A stretch of 64,000 nucleotides of DNA from an uncultured Acidobacteriota bacterium (GTDB lineage Bacteria > Acidobacteriota > Thermoanaerobaculia > Multivoradales > UBA5704), in NCBI GenBank assembly GCA_963755825.1, contig CAVWLA010000003.1, positions 1,088,940 to 1,152,939 on the forward strand, read 5' to 3'. The position numbers and the translations under genes were made by a program. This document shows positions 47,244-56,513 of the stretch, piece by piece. The notes under the pieces are model-generated. The model did not search any database and had not been told where the DNA came from. It saw nothing but the letters and a program-made list of their open reading frames with translations. Position 1 is the stretch's first letter, and the number at the start of each line of letters is the position of its first letter.

Positions 47244-48548
47244 TCAGTGCGGGCGAGGAGTCGCCGCCGGCGCGCGCAGATCGAGGGCGACCATGGCGTC
47301 CTCGTTGCGCAGATAGAGGCGGCCGCCGGAGAGGGTCGGCGCCGTCCAGGACTTGCCCGTCAGCACCTGCGCCCGCGCCTGCTCGCGGTAGGCCGCGGGG
47401 GTCGGCTCGACGAGCAGCAGGGCGCCGGCGTCGGAGAGGACGATGAGGTGTCCGTCGGCGAGGATCAGCGAGCCCTGGCCGAGGCCGCGCTGCTTCCACT
47501 TCTCCTCGCCGGTGTTGACGTCGACGCACTTGAAGGTGGCGTTGTCGAAGCCGTAGAGGTAGCCGCCGGCGAGCAGCGACGAGCTGAACTGGTTCTTCAT
47601 CACCCGGCTCCGCCACACCTCCTCGGTCTCCAGGCGCGGGCCGCGGGCCCTGATCCGGTAGACCGCGGCGCCGGTGTCGTAGCCCGAGGAGACGTAGACC
47701 CGGTCGGGCGGCACGAAGATCGGCGTCGAGGCGTTGACGTCGAAGGTGGTCTGCCAGGGCACCCGCCAGAGCAGCCGGCCATCGGACGGCGCCACCGCCG
47801 CCAGCGAGGAGGCGGTGAGGAAGACCACCTGGCGCACGCCGGCCGCGGTGAGCGCGATCGGCGCCGCGTAGCTGGGGCGGTCGTCGAGCGAGGTCCAGGC
47901 CAGCCGCCCGCTCTTCTTGTCGAAGGCGGCGATCGTCCGGTTGCCGTTGCCGCCGGCCTCGACGAGGAGGAGCTCGCCCTCGACCAGGGGCGAGGTGGCG
48001 ATCCCCCAGTTCGGCGACTCCGCACCGATCTCCTGGCGCAGGTCGTGGCGCCACACCTCGCGGCCGCTCTTGGCGTCGAGCGCGTAGAGCTTGCCCTGCG
48101 AGCTCCAGGCGTAGACCATGCCGCCGTCGACGGTCGGCGTCGAGCGCGGCCCGTTCCCCATGTCGTTCATCAGCATGTCGCCGGCGCGGAAGTGCCAGAG
48201 CGTCCTGCCGGTGACGGCGTCCAGGCAGAGCAGGATCTCGTCCCGCCCCCGGCCCACCAGGGTGTAGAGGCGCCCGTCGGCGACGGCGATGTGGGAGTAG
48301 CCCTCGCCGGCGGGGACGCGCCAGACGACCGGCGGTCCGGCGGCCGGCCAGCTCTTGAGCAGCCCGGTCTCGGCCGAGACGCCGTCCCGATGGAGGCCGC
48401 GGAACTGCGGCCAGTCGGCCGCCCAGACGGCACCGAGCGCGCCCGCGCCGAGCGTACAGAGGACGACGAGAGCCGAGAACGCACCGGCGGCGGGACGCGG
48501 CCGGCGAGGTGATGCGGACCGTACGCTCCGTCGCGCCATGGCACTCAT
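47244..48548 (-). CDS. Secreted PQQ-like beta-propeller repeat protein (BamB-like); paralog of the gene at 24869
   Basis: Trimmed from the 853-aa ORF to MSAMARRSVRS... The signal peptide is followed by ADWPQFRGLHRDG, and the protein is roughly 55-60% identical by eye to the 24869 gene. Confidence 0.8.
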   Translation of the reverse strand: MSAMARRSVRSASPRRPRPAAGAFSALVVLCTLGAGALGAVWAADWPQFRGLHRDGVSAETGLLKSWPAAGPPVVWRVPAGEGYSHIAVADGRLYTLVGRGRDEILLCLDAVTGRTLWHFRAGDMLMNDMGNGPRSTPTVDGGMVYAWSSQGKLYALDAKSGREVWRHDLRQEIGAESPNWGIATSPLVEGELLLVEAGGNGNRTIAAFDKKSGRLAWTSLDDRPSYAAPIALTAAGVRQVVFLTASSLAAVAPSDGRLLWRVPWQTTFDVNASTPIFVPPDRVYVSSGYDTGAAVYRIRARGPRLETEEVWRSRVMKNQFSSSLLAGGYLYGFDNATFKCVDVNTGEEKWKQRGLGQGSLILADGHLIVLSDAGALLLVEPTPAAYREQARAQVLTGKSWTAPTLSGGRLYLRNEDAMVALDLRAPAATPRPH

Positions 48549-48571
48549 TCCTCTCTCCTCGCGACCGCCGC

Positions 48572-49750
48572 CTAGGGGCGCGGCGCGGCGAAACAGTAGA
48601 GCAGGCCGTCGGTGGTGCCGAGGACGAGCTTGCCGTCCGCATAGGCGGGAGAGGCCTCGATCGGCGTCCCCGTCGAGAACTGCCAGACGGGGTTGCCGGT
48701 GGCGCTGTCGAGCGCCAGGACCTCGCCGCCCTTGGTCGCCACCAGCACCCGCTCGCCGACCAGGACCGGTGAGGAATCTACCACCGTGCGCGAGGCGAAG
48801 CTCCAGCGGCTGGCGCCGGTGCGCGGGTCGAGCCCGTGCACTTCCTTGTCGCGGCCGCCGACGACGAGGATCTTGGCATCGACCGCGGCCGAGGAGTAGA
48901 ACGGCAGCTTGCGGGCCGGGTTCTCGTAGCGCCAGAGGACCTTGCCGGTCGCCAGGTCGATCGCCAGCTCCTGGTTCTCGAAGGTGCCGAGGTAGATCCT
49001 GCCGTCGGCGACCGCCGGGCTCGCCCCTATGTAGCCGCCGAGCTGGACCTTCCACACCGGCGCGCCGCCGCGCGCCTTGAAGCGCCGCAGGTAGCCGTCG
49101 CAGCCGGCGACGATCACCGCGTCGCCGGCGACCGCCGGGCTGGCGTGCACGTAGCCCTCGGTCGTCGCCTTCCAGCGCGGCTGCCCGGTCTCCGGCGACA
49201 GGCAGTAGAGGGTCTGGTCGTAGGAGCCGAAGAGCACACAGCCGGGGGCGAAATTGGCCGACGAGGTGATGCCGGCGCCGGCATGGAAGGTCCAGCGGCG
49301 CTTGCCGCTCGCCGCCTCGACGGCATGGAAGACGCCGGTCTCGTCGCCGAAGTAGACGACGCCGCCGGCGACCGCCGGCGACGACTTGATCTCGCCCTCC
49401 GCCTTGTACTTCCAGCGCAGGGCGCCGCTCGCCAGGTCGACGGCGTAGAGCTCGCCGTCGAGCCCGCCGACGTAGACCGTGCCGGCGGCGATGGCGGCGG
49501 TCGAGGCGATGCCCTCGCCGACGCGGAAGGTCCACAGCGGCTGGAGATTCGCCGGCAGCTCGCCGGCGGCGCGGCCGGTGAGAGCGGCGTCGCCGCGGAA
49601 GCTCGCCCAGCCGCCTGCCGCCGCCGGGCGCGCCGCCGGCGCCGCCGCTCCCAGCGCCGCCGAGATCCCGACGACGAGAGCGGCGAGAGCGGCGAGGAGG
49701 CCGCGACCTCTCCGCCTGGTGGCGAGCCGTTCGCTTGAAAGGTGGCGCAT
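48572..49750 (-). CDS. Secreted PQQ-repeat beta-propeller protein
   Basis: Trimmed to MRHLSSERL... Signal peptide, then classic PQQ repeats (LYAVDLASGALRWKY, FHAVEAASGKRRWTF, LYCLSPETGQPRWKA, LAIDLATGKVLWRY, LALDSATGNPVWQF). 23-nt gap to the downstream paralog. Confidence 0.8.
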   Translation of the reverse strand: MRHLSSERLATRRRGRGLLAALAALVVGISAALGAAAPAARPAAAGGWASFRGDAALTGRAAGELPANLQPLWTFRVGEGIASTAAIAAGTVYVGGLDGELYAVDLASGALRWKYKAEGEIKSSPAVAGGVVYFGDETGVFHAVEAASGKRRWTFHAGAGITSSANFAPGCVLFGSYDQTLYCLSPETGQPRWKATTEGYVHASPAVAGDAVIVAGCDGYLRRFKARGGAPVWKVQLGGYIGASPAVADGRIYLGTFENQELAIDLATGKVLWRYENPARKLPFYSSAAVDAKILVVGGRDKEVHGLDPRTGASRWSFASRTVVDSSPVLVGERVLVATKGGEVLALDSATGNPVWQFSTGTPIEASPAYADGKLVLGTTDGLLYCFAAPRP

Positions 49751-49928
49751 GCGCTGTGGCGAGCTCCTCGGCGGCGAGATCGCACGCCTCGGAGCCCGTA
49801 CGCAACTATACCCATGCAGGGGCCACTCATGGCGCGCGGCGTGCCATCCGGCCGCCGCGCGGGCATCGAGCCAAGGGGCCGGATGGTATGCTCCGCGCGC
49901 CATTTCTCGACCAACTCGTGGTGCCGGC

Positions 49929-51335
49929 ATGAACCCGTTCCTGCGCTCGATCTCCGTCGCGCTGCTGGCGCTCCTCGCCGCCCCTGCCTCGCCGCAGGGC
50001 GCCGACTGGCCGATGTGGGGCGGCACGCCGCGGCGCAACATGGTCTCCGCGGCGACCGGCCTGCCGACCGCCTGGAACGTGGAGACGAATCAGGGCATCC
50101 GCTGGCGCGCCGCGCTCGGCTCGGAGACCAACGGCTCGCCGGTCGTCGCCGGCGGCAAGGTCTTCGTCGGCACCAACAACAACCATCCGCGCAATGCCGC
50201 GATCGCCGGCGACCGCTCGGTCCTCATGGCCTTCCGCGCCGCCGACGGCGGGTTCCTCTGGCAGGCGGTCTCCGACAAGCTGACCGCCAATCGCGACTGG
50301 CCGCTCTCCGGCATCTGCTCGTCGCCGCTGGTCGAGGGCAATCGCCTCTACTACATGACCAACCGCGCCGAGCTCGTCGCCCTCGACACCGAGGGCTTCC
50401 TCGACCACACGAACGACGGCCCCTTCACCGCCGAGAGCCGCACCGGGCCGACCGACGCCGACGTCGTCTGGAAGCTCGACATGGCGGCCGAGCTCGGCGT
50501 CGTGCCGCACTACCAGGCGGCGAGCTCGCCCGCCGTGTGGGGCGACCTGCTCTTCGTCAACACCTCGAACGGCATCGGCGAGAAGGGTGCGGTCGCCAAC
50601 CCCCGCGCGCCGAGCTTCGTGGCGGTCAACAAGAAGACCGGCAGGGTGGTGTGGTCCGACGCCTCCCCCGCCGCGGCGATCCAGGACGGCCAGTGGTCGT
50701 CGCCGGCGGTGAGCGTCGTCGGCGGCGTCGCCCAGGCCCTCTTCGCCGGCGGCGACGGCTGGCTCTACAGCTTCGAGGCGGCGACCGGCAAGCCGCTGTG
50801 GAAGCTCGACGCCAACGCCGGCGCCGCGCCCGACGCCCGCGGCTTCTTCGTCTCGACGCCGGTCTTCGACGGCGACCGCGTCTACGTCGGCCTCGGCCAG
50901 GACCCGCAGGAGGGTCCCAAGCCGGGCCGCTTCTTCGCCATCGATGCCCGCCAGCGCGGCGACATCACGAAGACCGGCGTCCTCTGGCGCTACGACAAGC
51001 TGAGCCGCACGATCTCGACCGCCGCCGCCGCCGACGGCCTGGTCTACATCGCCGACTTCCGCGGCATCCTCCACTGCCTGGCGGCCGACACCGGCCTGCC
51101 GCTGTGGACCTACGACACCTACGCCGCGGTCTGGGGCTCGCCCCTCCTCGCCGACGGCAAGGTCTACGTGGCGAACGAGGACGGCGACGTCACCATCCTC
51201 GCCGCCGGGCGGACGCTCAGGAAGATCGCCCAGATCCAGATGGGGCACGCCGTCTACACCACCCCGGTGCCGGCCGGCGGCACCCTCTACATCGCCACCA
51301 AGCAGGAGCTGGTGGCGGTCGGCGCCGGCAAATGA
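49929..51335 (+). CDS. Secreted PQQ-like beta-propeller repeat protein (BamB-like); paralog of the gene at 20754
   Basis: Trimmed to MNPFLRSISVALLALLAAPASPQGADWPMWGG. GGKVFVGTNNNHPRN and blades (ADGGFLWQA, KTGRVVWSD, ATGKPLWKL, DTGLPLWTY). Confidence 0.8.
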   Translation: MNPFLRSISVALLALLAAPASPQGADWPMWGGTPRRNMVSAATGLPTAWNVETNQGIRWRAALGSETNGSPVVAGGKVFVGTNNNHPRNAAIAGDRSVLMAFRAADGGFLWQAVSDKLTANRDWPLSGICSSPLVEGNRLYYMTNRAELVALDTEGFLDHTNDGPFTAESRTGPTDADVVWKLDMAAELGVVPHYQAASSPAVWGDLLFVNTSNGIGEKGAVANPRAPSFVAVNKKTGRVVWSDASPAAAIQDGQWSSPAVSVVGGVAQALFAGGDGWLYSFEAATGKPLWKLDANAGAAPDARGFFVSTPVFDGDRVYVGLGQDPQEGPKPGRFFAIDARQRGDITKTGVLWRYDKLSRTISTAAAADGLVYIADFRGILHCLAADTGLPLWTYDTYAAVWGSPLLADGKVYVANEDGDVTILAAGRTLRKIAQIQMGHAVYTTPVPAGGTLYIATKQELVAVGAGK

Positions 51336-52078
51336 GCGTGGAGACTCCCGCTTCGAAGCTGCCCTCGATCCTCGTCCCCTGCCTCAACGAGGCGGAGTGC
51401 ATCGAGAGCGTGCTGCGCGCCGTGCCCGCCGAGTACGCCGCCGGCGTGCTGGTGATCGACGGCGGCTCGACCGACGGCACGGTCGAGAAGGTCCGCGGCC
51501 TCGGCTTCCGCGTCATCCGCCAGCCCGGCCGCGGCCTCGGCCGGGCGGTGGTGGCGGGGATCGAGGGCACCGCCGGCCCGGTCATCGTCACCATCGACGC
51601 CGACGGCTCGCACGACGCCGCCGACATCCCGCGCCTGCTCGCCAAGATCGACGAGGGCTACGACCTGGTGATCGCCTCGCGCTACTCCGACGGCCCCGAG
51701 GACGCCGGCATGTTCAGCCCGCGCCGGCGCTCGACCTCGGCCGACGACACGCCGATCCGCGAGTTCGGCAACCGCGCCTTCACCTGGCTCTGCCGGGTGC
51801 TCTTCGGCGTCCCGGCGCACGACACTCTCAACGGCTTCAAGGCCTTCCGGCGGCCGCTCTTCGACACCGTCAAGATCGAGCAGCCCGGCCAGGAGTACGA
51901 CATCGAGGTCCTCCTCAAGGCCCACCTCGCCGGCTTCCGCATCGGCGAAGTGCCGATCGTCGAGCACCTGCGTCTGGCGGGAGACTCCAAGCTGAGCGTC
52001 CCCTACCACGGCGCCCGCATCCTCTGGGTGATCCTCCGCGAGCGGATGACGAGCCTCGGCCGGCGTCGGCCGAGGTAG
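51332..52078 (+). CDS. GT2 polyprenyl-phosphate sugar transferase (DPM1/ArnC-like)
   Basis: GT-A fold: ILVPCLNEAECIE, VIDGGSTDGT, DADGSHD (DxD). ATGA overlap with the preceding beta-propeller gene. 248 aa. Confidence 0.8.
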   Translation: MSVETPASKLPSILVPCLNEAECIESVLRAVPAEYAAGVLVIDGGSTDGTVEKVRGLGFRVIRQPGRGLGRAVVAGIEGTAGPVIVTIDADGSHDAADIPRLLAKIDEGYDLVIASRYSDGPEDAGMFSPRRRSTSADDTPIREFGNRAFTWLCRVLFGVPAHDTLNGFKAFRRPLFDTVKIEQPGQEYDIEVLLKAHLAGFRIGEVPIVEHLRLAGDSKLSVPYHGARILWVILRERMTSLGRRRPR

Positions 52079-52113
52079 GCCGTTCGGCCAGGCGCGCGAA
52101 AGCTTGCCGGCCC

Positions 52114-52890
52114 TCAGCCCGGCCGCGCGGCGAAGTCGAGCTCGGACTTGTCGGCGGGGACCTCGAAGCGATAGCTGACCACCGTCTTCGGCGAGCAGGC
52201 TTCGGTCGATGCCGTCGGCACCTCGAAACGCTCCGGGATCGCCACCGGCACGCCGAAGTGGGTTCCCTGGATTCCCCACAGCAGGTCGTACTTGAGGATG
52301 TCGAGGTCGAGCTGGCGGCCGGCGAAGCGGCTGGCGAGGGGGCGGAGCGCTCGCGCCGTGGCCTCCACCAGCGGCAGGTAGAGGCCCCACGGCAGGCGGT
52401 TGGCGACGGCGGTGGCGAGGCGGGCGCACCAGCCCTGCTCGCGGAGGAAGAGGACGAGGACGCTGCCGCCCGGCCGGGTGACGCGGACGAGCTCGGCGAG
52501 CGCCGCGCGCACCTGGCCGGCGTCGAGGTACATCATGGTGCCCAGGCAGAGCGCGACGTCGAAGGACGAGTCGGCGAAGGCCGAGAGGTCGGCGATGTCC
52601 CCCTGGCGGAAGGCGAGCCCGGCATCGCCGCCGGCGCGCTCGCGCGCCCGCTCGACGCAGGCGCCGCTCAGGTCGACGCCGACCACCCGCCGCGCTCCCC
52701 GCCGGCGGAGCGCCAGCGAGTAGTCGCCCACCCGGCAGCCGGCGTCGAGGATCTCCCGGCCGGCGAGCTCGCCGCCGGGGACGCCGGGAAAATAATGCTC
52801 CAGCAGACGGTCGGTGGCGGCGTCGGGGAGCGAGTGGCCGCGGGTGTGATCGAAGACGCGGCCGATGTCCTTGGGCACGGGCGGAGCCAC
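52114..52890 (-). CDS. Class I SAM-dependent methyltransferase
   Basis: Motif I ILDAGCRVGDYSLAL, acidic loop VVGVDLS, motif II FDVALCLGTMMYL. Confidence 0.75.
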   Translation of the reverse strand: MAPPVPKDIGRVFDHTRGHSLPDAATDRLLEHYFPGVPGGELAGREILDAGCRVGDYSLALRRRGARRVVGVDLSGACVERARERAGGDAGLAFRQGDIADLSAFADSSFDVALCLGTMMYLDAGQVRAALAELVRVTRPGGSVLVLFLREQGWCARLATAVANRLPWGLYLPLVEATARALRPLASRFAGRQLDLDILKYDLLWGIQGTHFGVPVAIPERFEVPTASTEACSPKTVVSYRFEVPADKSELDFAARPG

Positions 52891-53029
52891 CTCGAACGGA
52901 CGGGCGATGGAAGCTGGTTCGGGACCGGCCGGAAGGATAGCATTGCGCTCCGTCCGCCGCCGATGATAGCCTCCAAGATCTTGAAAGCAAGTTAGTTATC
53001 TACTTCTGCGCGATCTCCCCGAAGCGCTC

Positions 53030-54031
53030 ATGCCCGCCAAGATCCTGGTCACCGGTGCCGACGGGTTCATCGGCTCTCACCTCACCGAGGAGCTGGTGCG
53101 GCGCGGCCACGACGTGCGCGCCTTCGTGCTCTACAACTCGTTCGGCTCGTGGGGCTGGCTGGACGCGTCGCCGCCGGAGATCCGCGGGCAGCTGGAGGTC
53201 GTCGCCGGCGACATCCGCGACCCCCACGGCGTCCGCCGCGCCATGCACGGCTGCAGCCGCGTGCTCCACCTCGCGGCGCTCATCGCCATCCCCTTCTCCT
53301 ACCATTCGCCGGATAGTTACGTCGACACCAACGTCAAGGGGACTCTCAACGTCGTGCAGGCGGCGCGCGACCTCGGCGTCGAGCGCGTCGTCCAGACCTC
53401 GACCAGCGAGGTCTACGGCACGGCGCGCTTCGTGCCGATCAGCGAGGAGCACCCGCTCCACGGCCAGTCGCCCTACGCGGCGACGAAGATCGGCGCCGAT
53501 CAGCTCGCCATGTCGTTCCACGCCTCCTTCGAGCTGCCGGTCGTCGTCGTCCGCCCGTTCAACACCTACGGCCCCCGCCAGTCGGCGCGCGCCGTCATCC
53601 CGACGATCATCACCCAGGTGGCGAGCGGCCGCCGGCGCATCCGCTTGGGCGCCCTGGCGCCGACGCGCGACTTCACCTACGTCAGCGACCTCGCGAGCGG
53701 CTTCATCGCCGCCCTCGACGCCCCCGGCGCCGTCGGCGAGGTGATCAACCTGGGCAGCGGCTTCGAGATCTCGATCGGCGACACCGCCGAGCTGATCGGC
53801 CGGGCGATGGGCGTCGATATCGAGGTGGAGACCGACGGCGAGCGCCTGCGCCCCGACCGCTCCGAGGTGCAGCGCCTGTGGGCGGACACCTGCAAAGCCC
53901 GCCGGCTGCTCGGCTGGGAGCCCGCCCACGGCGGCCGCGAGGGCTTCGAGCGCGGCCTGCGGGAGACCGCGGCCTGGTTCGTCCGCCCGGAGAACCTCGC
54001 CCGCTACAAGGCCGATCTCTACAATGTCTGA
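53030..54031 (+). CDS. NAD-dependent nucleotide-sugar epimerase/dehydratase (extended SDR; 4,6-dehydratase or decarboxylase type)
   Basis: ILVTGADGFIGSHL Rossmann motif, catalytic S..YAATK, and an RPFNTYGPRQ-type motif. Confidence 0.85.
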   Translation: MPAKILVTGADGFIGSHLTEELVRRGHDVRAFVLYNSFGSWGWLDASPPEIRGQLEVVAGDIRDPHGVRRAMHGCSRVLHLAALIAIPFSYHSPDSYVDTNVKGTLNVVQAARDLGVERVVQTSTSEVYGTARFVPISEEHPLHGQSPYAATKIGADQLAMSFHASFELPVVVVRPFNTYGPRQSARAVIPTIITQVASGRRRIRLGALAPTRDFTYVSDLASGFIAALDAPGAVGEVINLGSGFEISIGDTAELIGRAMGVDIEVETDGERLRPDRSEVQRLWADTCKARRLLGWEPAHGGREGFERGLRETAAWFVRPENLARYKADLYNV

Positions 54032-54055
54032 GGCGCCGATGTCCGCGGTCCGACC

Positions 54056-55288
54056 ATGAGCGGCGGGCTCGACATCGACCTCGTCGTCGGCACCATCCTG
54101 GCGGTGATCGGGAAGCCCGCCGGCGGCGACAGCGCCGAGCGCGTGCCGCTGCACGAGCCGCTCCTCGCCGGCAACGAGTGGCGCTACCTGCGCGAGTGCC
54201 TCGACACCAACTGGGTCTCCTCCGAAGGCCCCTTCGTCGACCGCTTCGAGCGCGATCTCGAGCGCTTCACCGGCGCTCCCCACGCCGTCGCCGCCGTCAA
54301 CGGCACCGCCGCGCTCCACCTCGCCCTCCTCCTCGCCGGCGTCGCGCCGGGCGACGAGGTGCTGATCCCCGCCCTCACCTTCGTCGCCACCGCCAACGCG
54401 GTCTCCTACTGCGGCGCCGTGCCGCACCTGGTCGACAGCGAGGAGACGACGCTGGGGCTCGATCCGGCGAAGCTGGCTGCATACCTCGAAGAGATCGCCG
54501 GCGTCGAGACCACCGCCGAGGGCACGGTCGCCGTCAACCGCGCGACCGGCCGGCGCCTGCGCGCCGTGGTGCCGATGCACACCTTCGGCTTCGCCATGGA
54601 TCTCGACCCCCTGGCCGAGGTCTGCGCGCGCTACGGCATCGTCCTCGTCGAGGATGCCGCCGAGTCGCTCGGCACCTGGTACAAGGGCCGCCACACGGGG
54701 ACGATCGGCCGCGTCGCGGCGCTCAGCTTCAACGGCAACAAGATCGTCACCACGGGCGGCGGCGGCGCCGTGCTCACCGCCGACCCCGAGCTCGCCCGGC
54801 TCGGCAAGCACCTCTCGACGACCGCCAAGCTGCCGCACCGCTGGGCCTACGTCCACGACCGCATCGGCTACAACTACCGGATGCCCAACCTCAACGCCGC
54901 CCTCGGCTGCGCCCAGCTCGAGCGCCTGCCGGAGATGCTGGCGCAGAAGCGCGCCCTGGCGGCGCGATACCAGTCGGCCTTCGAAGCCGTCCCCGGCGTC
55001 CGCTTCGCCACCGAGCCGGCCTTCTCGCACAGCAACTACTGGCTCTGCGCCCTCCTTCTCGACGAGGACGGCGACGACGCCGACATCGGCGGCGTCGCCG
55101 CCCGCCGCGACGCCCTCCTCGCCGCCGCCGACGCCGCCGGCATCGGCGCCCGGCCGCCCTGGACGCCGATGCACAAGCTCGCCATGTTCGCCGGATGTCC
55201 GCGCATGGACCTCGCCGTCGCCGAGAGCCTGGCGGCGCGGACGATCAACCTGCCGAGCAGCGCCCGGCTCGGGTCGGCCAAGGGCTGA
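54056..55288 (+). CDS. DegT/DnrJ/EryC1/StrS-family PLP-dependent nucleotide-sugar aminotransferase
   Basis: Lys-containing motif ALSFNGNKIVTTGGGGAV and typical fold-type-I features. 410 aa. Confidence 0.9.
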   Translation: MSGGLDIDLVVGTILAVIGKPAGGDSAERVPLHEPLLAGNEWRYLRECLDTNWVSSEGPFVDRFERDLERFTGAPHAVAAVNGTAALHLALLLAGVAPGDEVLIPALTFVATANAVSYCGAVPHLVDSEETTLGLDPAKLAAYLEEIAGVETTAEGTVAVNRATGRRLRAVVPMHTFGFAMDLDPLAEVCARYGIVLVEDAAESLGTWYKGRHTGTIGRVAALSFNGNKIVTTGGGGAVLTADPELARLGKHLSTTAKLPHRWAYVHDRIGYNYRMPNLNAALGCAQLERLPEMLAQKRALAARYQSAFEAVPGVRFATEPAFSHSNYWLCALLLDEDGDDADIGGVAARRDALLAAADAAGIGARPPWTPMHKLAMFAGCPRMDLAVAESLAARTINLPSSARLGSAKG

Positions 55289-55298
55289 GGCGGCCGCC

Positions 55299-56513
55299 AT
55301 GTCGACGACACCCGGCCTCGAGGCCGAGCGGCCGGGCGCGGCGCGGAGTCGGCGGCGGATCTGCGTCGCGACCGGCAGCCGAGCCGACTACGGGCTCCTC
55401 CGCTATCTGCTGGAGGACATCCGCGACGACCCGCGCCTCGAGCTGCAGGTCGTCGCCACCGGCACCCACCTGTCCCCCGAGTTCGGCCTCACCTACCGGG
55501 CGATCGAGGAGGACGGCTTCGCGATCGACGCCAAGGTCGAGATGCTCTTGTCGAGCGACACGCCGGTCGGCATCGCCAAGTCGATCGGCCTCGCGACGAT
55601 CGGCTTCGCCGACGCCCTCGACCGCCTGCGGCCGGACGTCCTGGTCGTCCTCGGCGACCGCTTCGAGACGCTCGCCGCCGCGCAGGCGGCGATGGTGGCC
55701 GGCATTCCGATCGCGCACATCCAGGGCGGCGAGCTGACCGAGGGGCTGATCGACGAGGCCATCCGCCACGCCGTCACCAAGATGGCCCACCTCCACTTCG
55801 TCTCCGCCGAGCCCTATCGCGAGCGGGTGATCCAGCTCGGCGAAGCGCCCGAGCGGGTGCTGACCGTCGGCGCCACCAACCTCGATGCCCGCGGACGCTT
55901 TCCGCTCCTCGACCGGCCGGCCCTGGAGCGCGAGCTCGGCCTCGCGCTCGGCGAGCCCACCTTTCTCATCACCTACCACTCGGTCACCCTCGGCGGCCGC
56001 CGGCCGGAGCGGGCGGTCGAGAGCCTCCTCGCCGCCCTCGACCGTTTCCCCGCGGCGACGCTCGTCTTCACCGGCCACAACGCCGATGCCGGCGGCCGCG
56101 CCATCGGCGGCGCCGTCGCCGAATACTGCCGGCGGCACGCCGGGAGAGCGCGCTTCTTCGTCTCGCTCGGCCAGCGCCGCTACTGGAGCGTCCTCGCCCA
56201 GGCCGACGTCGTCATCGGCAACTCGTCGAGCGGCCTCATCGAGGCGCCCGCCGTGGGCAAGCCGACGGTCAACCTCGGCGACCGCCAGCGCGGCCGGCTG
56301 CGCGGCGCCTCGGTGATCGACTGCGAGGAGTCGGCGGCGGCGATCGAGGCGGCGATCCGCCGGGCGCTGTCGCCGGCCTTCCACGCATCGCTCGCCGGGC
56401 AGGCGTCGCCCTACGGCGAGGGCGGTGCCGCGCCGCGCATCAAGGAGGCGCTCGCCACCGCCGATCTCGACGGCATCCTCCTCAAGCGGTTCCACGACCT
56501 GCCGAGAGCCTGA
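55299..56513 (+). CDS. UDP-N-acetylglucosamine 2-epimerase (hydrolysing), NeuC/LegG-like
   Basis: ICVATGSRADYGLL...VLGDRFETLAAAQAAMVAGIPIAHIQGGELTEGLIDEAIRHAVTKMAHLHF is the characteristic non-hydrolysing/hydrolysing 2-epimerase core. Confidence 0.8.
   Translation: MSTTPGLEAERPGAARSRRRICVATGSRADYGLLRYLLEDIRDDPRLELQVVATGTHLSPEFGLTYRAIEEDGFAIDAKVEMLLSSDTPVGIAKSIGLATIGFADALDRLRPDVLVVLGDRFETLAAAQAAMVAGIPIAHIQGGELTEGLIDEAIRHAVTKMAHLHFVSAEPYRERVIQLGEAPERVLTVGATNLDARGRFPLLDRPALERELGLALGEPTFLITYHSVTLGGRRPERAVESLLAALDRFPAATLVFTGHNADAGGRAIGGAVAEYCRRHAGRARFFVSLGQRRYWSVLAQADVVIGNSSSGLIEAPAVGKPTVNLGDRQRGRLRGASVIDCEESAAAIEAAIRRALSPAFHASLAGQASPYGEGGAAPRIKEALATADLDGILLKRFHDLPRA

Noticed and set aside
18496-51335. 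PQQ-dependent alcohol dehydrogenases (XoxF/MxaF-type quinoproteins) with di-heme cytochrome partners
   Set aside because: The propeller proteins are 390-490 aa rather than ~600, they lack the vicinal Cys-Cys and Trp-docking signatures, and no pqqABCDE genes are present. They fit the BamB/YVTN-like PQQ-repeat family better.
53000-55300. 766-aa minus-strand ORF
   Set aside because: Antisense to the clearly recognisable epimerase and DegT aminotransferase genes. Low-complexity Gly/Ala/Asp/Glu composition.
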